Below, one piece after another: positions 26,808 through 38,862 of a stretch of DNA of 64,000 nt. This DNA comes from Octopus vulgaris (Eukaryota). Location of the stretch: positions 37,634,001 through 37,698,000 of the forward strand of contig OX597833.1 in NCBI GenBank assembly GCA_951406725.2, read 5' to 3'. Made by a program: the position numbers and the translations under genes. A model generated the notes under the pieces. The model was not told where the DNA came from. It was given only the letters and a program-made list of their open reading frames with translations, and did no database searches. The first letter of the stretch is position 1, and every line of letters starts with the position of its first letter.

Positions 26808-27263
26808 CAGAAAGGAGAATAGTCAATTGTAGTGAAATATATACATACACACGTGTATATATTCTCTTTTACTCTTTAATTTGTTTCAGTCATTAGACTG
26901 TGGCCATGCTGAAGCACCACCTTGAAGAATTTTTAGTTGAATGTATCAATTTATTTTTCTATTTTTTATTTTTTTAAAGCCTAGTACTTATTCTATCAGA
27001 ATCTCTTGTTGAAGCGTTAAATTACAGGGACATAAACACACCAGCACTAGATATATATACATACATAAATAGAAATATATTTACATATATATACATGCAC
27101 ACACACACACACACACATATACAACAGGCTTCTTTCAGTTTCCATCTACTAAAGCCACTCCCAAGGCTTTGGTGAGCTTGAGGCTAGAGTAGAAGGTGTC
27201 ATGCATTGGGATTGAATCCAGAACCATGTGGTTGGGAAGCAAGCTTCATGGCCACCCCAACGC

Positions 27264-27296
<33 letters not shown>

Positions 27297-27363
27297 CACA
27301 CACACACACACACACAGAGAGAGAAAAGGGAAAACAGCAATTGTAGGCCACCAGGATACTTAC

Positions 27364-27490
27364 ATACTGAAGGAAAGCATGTAACTGAGGATAACTCTTA
27401 GGATCATTTGTAGCAGCAAACAATGGCTCGAAGATATTCTCTAAGATCTGTTGGAAGTTGCTCACTAACTTGTTGGAACGATACACATCA
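27364..27490 (-). CDS. AMPD2: AMP deaminase 2-like exon (DVYRSNKLVSNFQQILENIFEPLFAATNDP...FLQY)
   Basis: Matches 'NFQEMLENIFLPLFEAT'. aag acceptor after a long pyrimidine tract, gtaagt donor, 127 nt. Confidence 0.95.
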
Positions 27491-27997
27491 CTTGAAGAGA
27501 GTAAAAAAGAAAAAACACAAAGAATATACTATTAAAATATACACAATGAGAACATGCGGTTTTGAAATATATGCCATCAATTGGAATGTATACCATTATT
27601 ATATACACATTTAGTGTATATACCATTGTTATCGTCATCATCGTCGTCATTGTTGTCATCATTATCATCATAATTATTTAACATTTATTTTCCATAGTGG
27701 CATGAGTTGGATGGTTTGACAGGAGCTCAATTGTCTACTTTGGCAAGGTTTCTATAACTCGAAGCCCTTCCTAACACCAACCAATTTACGGAGTGTACTG
27801 GGTGCTTTTTATGTGGCACCTGCAGCAGTGAGGTCACCAAGTAACTTACAAGACATGACTCCTCAACTGAGTGGGGAGTAAGAGTAAGGAGGTGGCTTAG
27901 TGCCAGGTGATGGGAGGTTAGAGTATGAACAGAGGGACAGAAACAGGTATTTTGCTGTAGAGGAGATGCATGGCTACCTTAGTTGGAAAAGAAAAAG

Positions 27998-28048
<51 letters not shown>

Positions 28049-28737
28049 GGTGAAGATGTGTTGGGTGTACCCCAAAGATAGACGCAGAGAAATGTAAGCA
28101 CAGTGGTATGGGAGATTGGATAGGGTAAGTGGGCTGGTAAGTTTGTGAATAAAACTACTGAATAATAATAATAACAACAACAACAATAATAATAATAATA
28201 ATAACAATAATAATAAACATATATTACTTCTGTATACTCTTCTCAGATCCATGTGATCCTCTTACATTTTTCTTTCTATGGTTGGTGTGGTATTAAACTT
28301 AGAGGGCTCAAGTTGGGGCTGTTCCCATTCAAGTGACCATCCAGGTTCATATCCAGAGAAGAGTTTGTGCCAGTGGATGACTTTTTGACCCCAAGCTGGC
28401 TCTTTCCTGGGAGACATGCCTCTAGATTAACTGTAGGACAAGCAATTTGGTGTGGTCGTAGTTTTCCTTTTTGCTTCATTAGACATATTTGTGCTACATT
28501 AAAATTATTAGTATTGAGCTCTATGTGACAAATGTAGAGACAGTTGTGGTCTCTGCCACGACTGTCAACTCCACCAGTGATGACATTGGGATGGAATTTG
28601 GTCTTGATAAACGTGCCAAAGCTACTTCCCAAAAAGGGAAATTATTGACCTGACATTCAATGGTGTTAGATGTTGACATGGTTATAAAAGAACTCAAGCA
28701 GGAATAAACTTGCAAATACCTTGGAATAAATGAGGTC

Positions 28738-30840
28738 GGCACTGTCATGCATTTGGGTGTCAGAAGTGAAAGTAGAGAAATCTGACGTCAGACGTCAACT
28801 TCGTGTATATACGTCGTCTTTCGTTTATTTACGCCGTTTATTTACGTACCACTGAAATGCAAGTAAAAGCTTGTATGTATGTATGTATGTATGTATATAT
28901 ATATACATACATACACACATATATATAATATACATGTATATATACATATATATATATATATATTTAATACATACATATATATAATATATACATGTATTTT
29001 TACCGCCTTTAGTCGCACAAATCGACCCCAGAACTTATTCTATCGGTCTTTTTTCTTAACCACTATACATTATATACATACATACAGATAGATAGATAGA
29101 TACACACACACACATATAATAGATATAAAATGTGTACGTGTGTACATTTTTCAGAAAAAAATTCATACATTTTAAATATCAATAGCATTTCTCTTATTTT
29201 TTACATGAAGTTTTCGAAAAATGAATTTAGAATGTAAAAATCAAATATATCAAATTAATAAACGCAAATTATTTTCAAATATCATTTTCAACGGTGAGAT
29301 TATCAAAATATAAACTTGAAGTTAAGTTTAAAAATAAATGCGATACTCATTCTGTCTTGATACTTATGCTCAAATACATGGATATAGCTGTCGAATTTGT
29401 TCTATCAACTTCCCGAATATATCATCCTTAAATTCATAGCACCACATGAATTCGATGAGATGGGTCTGAAGTAAATTTCTGGCTGTTCCACATTCTCTCC
29501 TATTTCGAGTCTTTACGTGTTTCCATAAACATTCTATGTGGTTGGTTGTGGCAAATGATTGGTGTATGTAATCGCGGTGATGGTCATGGGGGTTCATTTG
29601 TGCAGATTTTGGTGTGATTTCTTTTTTAAAAACAATAATGAATAATGCAAGAATATATTTATTGGAGGAATTTTTGCCGCGATGTATGTGCAGAATATTA
29701 TGTTGCACAGAATATTAAACTGGGAGGACCCAATAGAATCGTTGAAATAGATGAAACTGCGTTTGTTAAGAGAAAATATCATGTTGGCCATCGGGTTAAA
29801 ACGCAATGGGTGTTTGGTGCATTAGAAAGAGATAGCAGAAGATGTATTTTAGTGGCAGTTGAAAATCGAACAGCGGACACTCTATTACAGATTATACGCG
29901 AGCGTATATTGCCTGGTACAACAATAATATCCGACCTTTGGCGTTCGTATAATACACTCAGTCAGCTAGGATACAGACATTTGACCGTGAATCATTCTAT
30001 AAATTTTGTTGATCCGGTAACATTTGCCACAACCAACCACATAGAATGTTTATGGAAACACGTAAAGACTCGAAATAGGAGAGAATGTGGAACAGCCAGA
30101 AATTTACTTCAGACCCATCTCATCGAATTCATGTGGTGCTATGAATTTAAGGATGATATATTCGGGAAGTTGATAGAACAAATTCGACAGCTATATCCAT
30201 GTATTTGAGCATAAGTATCAAGACAGAATGAGTATCGCATTTATTTTTAAACTTAACTTCAAGTTTATATTTTGATAATCTCACCGTTGAAAATGATATT
30301 TGAAAATAATTTGCGTTTATTAATTTGATATATTTGATTTTTACATTCTAAATTCATTTTTCGAAAACTTCATGTAAAAAATAAGAGAAATGCTATTGAT
30401 ATTTAAAATGTATGAATTTTTTTCTGAAAAATGTACACACGTACACATTTTATATCTATTATATGTGTGTGTGTGTATCTATCTATCTATCTGTATGTAT
30501 GTATATAATGTATAGTGGTTAAGAAAAAAGACCGATAGAATAAGTTCTGGGGTCGATTTGTGCGACTAAAGGCGGTAAAAATACATGTATATATTATATA
30601 TATGTATGTATTAAATATATATATATATATATGTATATATACATGTATATTATATATATGTGTGTATGTATGTATATATATATACATACATACATACATA
30701 CATACAAGCTTTTACTTGCATTTCAGTGGTACGTAAATAAACGGCGTAAATAAACGAAAGACGACGTATATACACGAAGTTGACGTCTGACGTCAGATTT
30801 CTCTACTTTCACTTCTGACACCCAAATGCATGACAGTGCC
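28738..30840 (+). mobile_element. Fold-back Merlin (IS1595/ISXO2-like) DNA transposon with 820-bp inverted arms
   Basis: Ends are GGCACTGTCATGCATTTGGG...CCCAAATGCATGACAGTGCC. 28738-29557 is the reverse complement of 30021-30840. It interrupts an R4/Dong LINE whose sequence resumes on the other side. Confidence 0.92.
29645..30208 (+). pseudogene. Merlin/IS1595-family DDE transposase, N-terminally truncated (catalytic domain open)
   Basis: Motifs GGP..IVEIDE, WVFG.LER, I.PGTTIISD.W.SY, H.TVNHS.NFVDP, TN.IE.LW are typical of DDE_Tnp_IS1595/Merlin. Confidence 0.9.
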
Positions 30841-31624
30841 AGGGCTCTGGCACCCAGCATGCAAGTATGAAAGAGAACATGAGGAAGAAATATTCCAGGG
30901 GAGTTCAAGCAGCCATAAACCCAAGTTAAATGCATGTAACAAGGTGTTAGCTATAAATTCCTTAGCAGTTCTAGTTGTTATTTACAATTTCAATGTTTTG
31001 AACTGGAATGTGAGCAAAATAAGGAAGGCTGACAGGAAAATCCATAAGCTGCTGACTTGCAATAAGATGCACCACCCAAAGGCAAATGCAGATCATCTTT
31101 ACCTTCCCAGAGCTCGAGGAGGTCAAGGCTTGATCCAATTTGAAATCTCTTACAAAACAATCACAATTGGACTGGCCAAATACCCTGAAACATCTAATGA
31201 CTGGATGCTAAAACTCGTTGAAAACCATGGTAGACATGAGAAGCTTCATTCTGTAATGAAGGAGAGCAAAAAATTTGCTGGTATGTTCATGCATAATACC
31301 CAGGTTGAACAGCATGATGGAAGTGCAGCAACTGTAATTGCAAAAGAAGTGAAATCAATAGCAAAGCAAAATGCGTTTGAACAATTGGCTGATATGTGGG
31401 AGAAAAAACTTCTGCATGGCAAATATGTGGCCCATAGCAAACAAGCTGATGTAGACCAGAAGCACACCCATCAATGGCTACAAAGCTCAGGGCTAAAGGC
31501 AGAGAGAAAAAAGTTTTATCTTGGCTGCTTAAGAGCAGAGCTTACTGATCTGAACCTGTCAAGCTAATGTAATGGAAAATGGAGTAGACCCAAAGTGCCA
31601 ATACTGCAATGATGGGATTAGACA

Positions 31625-32010
31625 TAGTGTTAATTGAGAAAGAAAGCAAACGATGCTGGATCATAGATATTGCACGCCCAACTGGCAACAAGGTATGCGA
31701 TAAGGAAGAAAGAAAAGATGATAGCTATGACAGGTTAGCATAGGAGGGTAAGTAGTTGTGGTCGATGAAAAAGTTGGTAGTAGTACCAATAATTGTCGGA
31801 ACCCTGGGAACAGTGAGTAAAAATCTTGAGAAGTGCATGGAACAAATAAGGGCTGCAATAAGCATGGATCACTTGCAGAAAACAGCACTGCCTGGAACAG
31901 CTCAAATACTCTGGATGCTGCTCGGAAAATAAGGGGTATTACCTTAGTTCACTGGCACCATAGTACGTCTCCAGCATTAGAAGCTGTGCAAAGACAATAA
32001 ATAATAATAA
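31625..32010 (+). mobile_element. 3' fragment of a second R4/Dong-like element ending in a TAA repeat
   Basis: Degenerate endonuclease-end sequence (IIDIA.P...VVVPIIVG.LG...LQKTAL.GTA) followed by (TAA)n. Confidence 0.7.
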
Positions 32011-32814
32011 CTAATGACAGTTCCAAATGTATGATCTTTACAAAGAATTTACAAATGAAGAATGAATTAGGGACTCTTTGTTGCTGTAACTAGTGGAACT
32101 TGATTTATGATCTCCACATAAGACTTTAAAGGAATTTCATTAGCTGAATCTAGGCTGTCACTTCTCATCTCAGTTAGGTAAAATAACAGTTCATTGATTT
32201 TACCACTGGAGGCTTACAAGGATCATGCTAGAGATCAATTTTATAGTCAAAGTTCAATTGGGGCAGTGTTATTAAACTGAAATACTAACAAAAACAAGTC
32301 AGATGAATTGTAGATTTGCTTAGCTCTAGTCACATGATTTCAGGGTAAATTACAGAAAACCGATCTGAATTATCATGTTTTGAAAAGGCCAGAGAATTAA
32401 TTGCAATTAACAATTACATTGACAATTTCAAAGCAGTAACACTCATCTTAAGGAGTCTGCAAAATTCATGAGTGCTACTAAGCTATAAATATTTTTGTGA
32501 AAGTGCTTCAGGGCTGAAAATAATATTGACAACATTTCAACAATAGTGATGATAATGCTCTGAATCTTACTGAAATATATTGGTTAACAACTGTCTATAA
32601 GTGCTGAGACTGATTGGCAGAACACTTGGAATGCTGCAAAGGACCTTAAAGTTAAACATTTTACTCAGACTTATAGTTATGTTCCAAAAGATGAAGCTTC
32701 TTTTGTAACATTTCTCTTATTGTAATTGTTTCAAATTGAATCCCGTATAATGATAAATTTTTTCTCTTTTTGGTAAATATGGTGGAAGGGGCAGTACTCG
32801 TGGCTTTCACAAGG

Positions 32815-33900
32815 CTTTTAAGTCTGGTGTAATTGATACCATTACTGCCCTGTTGCAAGTCAATGGCTGCAGGATATACATGTGCAGAAAGAGAATTCCA
32901 GAGAGTCAGCATTCTATGGAGAAGGGACTAGACATAGTGGTTTGTGTGGTGCCTGAGAAATTGCACACAGTATGGGTGATGAGAAGAGAAGAAAGAGTAA
33001 ATTGGTAGTGCCTGAGTGGAGTGACATGAGACTAACCAGGAGCAAAGACTGTCATAGTAAACATAGAAGAAAAATATACAGAGAGAGGAGGCAGCATGTA
33101 TGTAGATCAGAGGCTGGATCATGTCTGAGGGAATTTTTGCTAATCAGTTGTGTAACCTTTCTCTGATGTGGCCAAAGATTTTTCTGTATGTAGTAGCAGC
33201 ACCATCCTAGATGTAGAAACAGTACTCCATTGTGAATCTCCTCCAAGATTTGTGGGACATTAATTGTTGAGGACTGAAGTACTTTCTGACTCTGAAGGGA
33301 AAGACCAGACTTTGAGCTGCAATACTAAGTGTTAAGGACATGTATTTACCATCAGAGATTCTCAGAATTGTGATGTTTATCTTTTGAAGCAATTGCAATA
33401 ACTCTAGTTGTGTGCTGCTGACGTTTAAGAGGCGAGGTTCAATGATGTTTGGATGATTTGAGCAGAACTGGCGTTCTTACCATTTTATTTTTTTCTATTT
33501 TGATTTTGATCTTCACAATGACAAACTACTCAAGGTCTCTGTTCATAAAGTCAATGCAGATTTAGCAAGAGGCATATAAGTTACATATGGATAAGTTTGA
33601 ATACAAAAGGAATGAAGGGCGGATATCATCAGTGTAAAAGTAAGCATTGTTGAACATGATGACAAATAGGTCCTTGATGAGAAAAGGAAAAAGGGGTAGA
33701 ACAGAAAATATGAGATCTGATACAAAATGGATCTGAAAGTTTTCTATCAGTGCAGGCCACAATAAGTTACCAAATCATGAGATAAAAGATGGATGAAAAC
33801 TGTAGGCAGATATTTTGACAAGAGATTTGCTTGCTGGACACAATTAAAAGTGAAGCTGATGTTGAGAGAAATAACATTACTTTCACCAAATTTCCTTGAT
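32815..33900 (-). mobile_element. Old degenerate CR1/L2-type LINE
   Basis: Fragmentary LINE C-terminal motifs (LWNSL...YP..DLQ) on the minus strand. Boundaries approximate. Confidence 0.55.
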
Positions 33901-34298
33901 ACAAGAGCCCACGGGTGAGAAACATAGAGAGTAGTCCTACAACAAATCAAATTTTACAAGATTGTACAAGTGGTCAATAAAAAGAAAGTCAGAAATTCAG
34001 AAATGTTATTGTTAATGGGTGTATCCATTACTTTTGAGATATTTAAAGGTAAGTGCTATAGGACAATAACTAGCAGAATCAGAAGAGTTGTTTTTCTTTA
34101 GAATGGGATACGCTGTAGTAGAAGGTACATTGGATAATTTAGCAATTTATACAAAAAAAAGTTGGGAAGGCTACAAACAGAACACCTTTTATTATAGATA
34201 TTCTATCTGTGACTAAGAGTTAAACAATAACAGTATCATGATTAAGAAACCCCCCAAAAAAATTAGGCCATAGAGTCACAAAAGTTATTGATACTTAC

Positions 34299-34462
34299 TA
34301 TAATCTTGGAATTTGGATTAACCAACGAACATTATCTGAATGGACTTGGTTGACCACAGCCCATTTGGCTAGTTTCTCCCATTCTTGTTTAGAACGGCCA
34401 TATATAGACAAACGGCATTCGGCATTTTGATATTTGCTCTCCTCCAAATCACTCATCACTTC
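34299..34462 (-). CDS. AMPD2: AMP deaminase 2-like exon ([24 protein letters not shown]...[11 protein letters not shown])
   Basis: Near-identical to the AMPD2 motif. gcag acceptor, gtaagt donor, 164 nt. Confidence 0.97.
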
Positions 34463-35813
34463 CTGCAAAAAGAAACATGTGAATGTTTGATATATTTATC
34501 ATAGCATGAGATTATAATGGCAATAATTATTTCCAGTTAAGTCAGATACAGAGAACAAATATAGAGAACTGGATTTATAGATATATATAATCCAATTTGC
34601 ATATTTGGATAACTTTGTATGAAGTAGGGAGAAGAGAATCTTGATATATTGAGTAAAGACCCACATCGGAGAAAGAAAATCATTTCCCTACTGAATTTAC
34701 AAATGCTTTTTGTCTCCTTTTGGATGGAAGCTCTCATGACATCATTTATTTTCCATTTTTACTTTGAACAGATATTGTTTAAGCAGCAGTGCTGAGAAAG
34801 AGTCAAGCCTCCTCTAACATGTTTCTACTTCAACTTAAATAAAGCACTCAATTGCAAGTTAGGATATAGTTATGTATTTATTCCAAGTGAATTTGTAGTC
34901 ATTTGTAGTGAATTTGTAGTGAATTTGTAGTCATTACACTGACTAGTCTCACGAAACTCAAGTTAGTATTCAACACTTTCAGTGAGAATATATATATATA
35001 ACTTTATACAATCTTCCATGTATATAAATGTATTTATAACTGTTAATATTCAAGCAGCCCCAAAGGCTACCAAATTCATCCAACTACAAAATTTTGGCCT
35101 TAAAGGTATAACTTCTCTTCCTTCTTTCTCTTAAATGTTTAATATTTTAGTCATAATCCTTTAATATGAAAATTTATGAAAAGATGTTCCCAAATCGCCC
35201 AAGTATTTCAAGTGGCTGTGTGGTAAGTAGCTTGTTTACCAACCACATGGTTCCGGGTTCAGTCCCACTGCGTGGCACCTTGGGCAAGTGTCTTCTACTA
35301 TAGCCTCGGGCCAACCAAAGCCTTGTGAGTGGATTTGGTAGACGGAAACTGAAAGAAGCCCGTCGTATATATGTATATATATATATATAAATATATGCGT
35401 GTGTGTGTTTGTGTGAGTGTGTTTGTCCCCCTAGCATTGCTTGACAACCGATGCTGGTGTGTTTATGTCCCCGTTACTCAGCGGTTCGGCAAAAGAGACC
35501 GATAAAATAAGTACTGGGCTTACAAAAGAATAAGTCCCAGGGTTGAGTGGCTTGATTAAAGGCAGTGCTCCAGCATGGCCGCAGTCAAATGACTGAAACA
35601 AGTAAAAGAGTAAAGAGTAAAAGAGTATTCTTTTTCCCTAAACAATATTATCAATCAAATTGTAAATCCACATATTGTAGAGTTCTTTCCCTTCCAACCT
35701 GAGTGAAAGTTGAAATAACCATGAAGTTCTCAGATGGTACAATCCCTATCCCCACACATGTATACATACCCTTCTCTCTCATATAATTTTTTTAAAGAAA
35801 GCATTAGGCTTAC

Positions 35814-35945
35814 CTTTATCACATTTGCAAAGTATTTGCCCCCGATGTGATTGTCAGTTTTAATAAAAATTTCACGTAATTCACTTTGGCCAATCGGGTT
35901 GTATTTGGCATTGAATTTGTCAAATCGATGGAAAGTGTTTCGATC
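35814..35945 (-). CDS. AMPD2: AMP deaminase 2-like exon ([32 protein letters not shown]...IK)
   Basis: Conserved [14 protein letters not shown] motif. ttag acceptor, gtaagc donor, 132 nt. Confidence 0.97.
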
Positions 35946-37376
35946 CTAAAATGAAGCAGAGAGAAAATGAAAATGCTGGGGGTGGTTTCCTTGCAACTAA
36001 AGCAATGCAACATCACACTTAACAAAATCAGTTATAACTTCATACTAATGATTTTGGTACTCACATTTTAGTACTTATGATTTTGGTAATTATATCTTAG
36101 TACTAATATTCTCATACTCACATCTTAGAACTTGTAATTTTTGGTACATTAGTATTAGTCACTTTGATACCTAGTCATACTGCTAAGGATTTGGGATATA
36201 TACAACTTAATGCAAGTAATTGTGGAGCTTATACCTTAGTGCTAAATCTTTAATAAAATGTATTCCAGCAATGACCATCCTATCATTATGTCAAACATAA
36301 TGTATCAGGGACTACATTATACAATGTGCCTTTTTTTTTTTTTTTAATGGTAGGATGTGATTGGAGGGAGAACTGACTGCTATTTATAGCACATAGAGGC
36401 TCTCTTGTTGGCTCCAATAAGCACCAGTAATATACTGATATTTGATTCAATCAATGATAGCCCACCGCTACAAACCTGTAGCCCTGTAGCAATGTAATAA
36501 ATCAATATTAACACTATAAGTTGACTGAAGTGTAGTAATTGAATTTTATGTCTCAATGAATGACACCACATCTTTAAGTGTCAGTGCTCAGTCCAGTATC
36601 TGTTAAGTTGTTGTTAATCCCAGCTTAGCCCTGACACACCAAACCCATGACGAAAGGTGTTGAAGGTATGACTGTTCTATCATACTCAGACTTTGTATAC
36701 CTAGGACTACATTATCCAATGTGTCACTCTTTTTTCAAGATGATAGGGCTTGATATGAAGGAAGAGATTTGGCAACTATTTCTAGCAGATTGACTGAATA
36801 AATAACTACATTATTGGTTTAAAGGGTCTGTTATTATCATGATATCTTCATAGTTCACATGAACAGAAATGTTAATTAATAACATTAATTAATAAATTGG
36901 TGCTATTAACCTACTATAATAGAGCAATGAAGTTGTTCAAGACAGGCATAAGACTAAATGCTTTGCTGTATTTTGTTTTAACTTCCTAACTCAGTTCAAA
37001 CCCTACTGACATCAACTTCATGTCACTTCATTTCTCTGGCATCAATAAATTACATACCAATAACATACTATGGTTGAGTCTGTTGATTATAACCTCTCCT
37101 TTTATCAAATTAATTTTTGATGCAATATTATACCAAAACCCTGTAAACAACTAAATGCAACCATGTTAATTGCACATGCACATACACACACACACACACA
37201 CATATATATATACTCTGGGGAGTTATTAGTGCTAGGAAGGGCATCCAGCCATAAAAACCATGCTAAAACAGGCACAGAAGGCTCCTATCTGGTCACCTCC
37301 TGTCAAACCGTCCAACTCATGCCATCATGGAAGGGGGATGTTAAATGATAATGATGATGATGATGATGATACTTAC

Positions 37377-37439
37377 TGCATGAACATCAAGCATGTCCAC
37401 ATTGAGCTCATATGTATTGATTCCAAGACTATCAAACAC
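37377..37439 (-). CDS. AMPD2: AMP deaminase 2-like exon (VFDSLGINTYELNVDMLDVHA)
   Basis: acag acceptor, gtaagt donor, 63 nt. Matches AMPD '[21 protein letters not shown]'. Confidence 0.95.
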
Positions 37440-38424
37440 CTGTGGAAGACAACCAATGTCATGTTTATATTAAGTTATTCATTTCACTTTCACATCAAAA
37501 ACTTAATTAAACAGCAATCAAATCTGATAAATACTGAACATATTTACTAAGTTTTTAACTATAGTACAGCTGTAAAGTGCTTGAGCAACTGAGATGATAT
37601 TTACTGAGTAATACTGCAAAGAAATGAAACCATGCCAAACATGCAAATTTGTAATTTTTTTCCACATTAGATTTATTCTACATGTCAACTATGTTGAAAT
37701 AAGGAAACATTATGACTTCATAATTGAGCTAAAAGAGCAGCTAAGTTAAATTGTGGAACAACTCTGAAGTCACCAGTCATTTTGAAAGGTCTAAAAGTGA
37801 GGCCCTTATAGTAAATATATCATCCACACTGTATGATAAATAACAAATAGTACACTAAACACTAAACAGAGTGTTATACACACTAGATATCAGTAAATTT
37901 TGTATGCATTTTGGTATATTAGTGTATGTGTGTATGGATGTGTATCCATGGTTGCGCCTACCTGTATAAACTGGTGTAAATACATTGTCGTAGTTAGGTC
38001 CATCAAAGGGAACTAACTCTATAAAGGGACATAACTCAGTAATGCATATTAAATAGAGTTAGATAAAATGAATGCCAAACTATAGTGGTAGGGAGATATA
38101 TTTTAGTAAAACCCTTGAAAGCAATGCCCCTGCCCAAATATAGCCACAGACTGATGCATGGAACCAGTAAAATAATAAAAAAATAAACTCTGCATGTTTG
38201 TGTGGAAAATTATCCTTTCTTACTATAGGAATACTGCTTGAAATTTTTGTGGAAGGGGCTAATCAATTAAATCAACCCCAGTACTTAACTAATACTTATT
38301 TTATTGACCCGAAAGGAAGAAATGTAAAGTCGACCCTGGCAGAATTTGAACTCAGAACATAAAGACAAACAAAATGCCACTAAGCATTTTGTCCGGCATG
38401 CTAACGATTCTACCCACTCACCAC

Positions 38425-38464
<40 letters not shown>

Positions 38465-38727
38465 TATAAATTATATCAGAAAGAAGAGTTCTAAGTTTGG
38501 TTAATTGGTCCTGAAAATAATTAGTTAGTGATTCCCGGTACATTTATTTCTCTTGTCTTCTTTCCACTTGAATCAAGAAGTTTTGCTCAAATGTATAGAT
38601 GATCTAGAAATCAAACTAGAGCAACTGTTGCTACGGCTGTGGCTGCTGCAGCTGCTGTTGCTGCTGCTGTTAGCAACAGGGGAGTTACCGAGATTTTGTA
38701 TAACCTTTAACAAACCAATTGTATAAC

Positions 38728-38862
38728 CTCTTTCAGCTTCATCATTTTGCCATCCTTGCCACAGGAGACAATTTCACTGGGATTAACTTTCATTTGCTTT
38801 TTGATGAACCTCAGTAGATGTTTCTGATTCATGCACGAGGATGCATGGATGTGTGTATCCAC
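38728..38862 (-). CDS. AMPD2: AMP deaminase 2-like exon (VDTHIHASSCMNQKHLLRFIK...KLKE), Zn-binding HxH
   Basis: Canonical AMPD VDTHIHASSCMNQKHLLRFIK motif. ccag acceptor, gt donor, 135 nt. Confidence 0.97.

Larger units (their letters stand above)
28576..31622 (+). mobile_element. Degenerate R4/Dong LINE copy split by the Merlin insertion (28576-28737 + 30841-31622)
   Basis: Left part (SDDIGMEFG...KYLGINE) and right part (GSG.QHASMKE...NKVLAINSLAV...QWLQSSGLKAE) are collinear with the 55314-56996 ORF. Confidence 0.9.

Noticed and set aside
27488-27495. AAG rather than YAG splice acceptor
   Set aside because: It is a minor but normal variant; frame and homology are maintained.
29370-29708. 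Minus-strand ORF ending in the transposase C-terminus
   Set aside because: It is a by-product of the inverted duplication; its N-terminal half is antisense spacer sequence.
30830-31567. 245-aa ORF next to the Merlin end, a possible second Merlin gene
   Set aside because: It is a degenerate R4/Dong LINE segment homologous to ORF 55314-56996.
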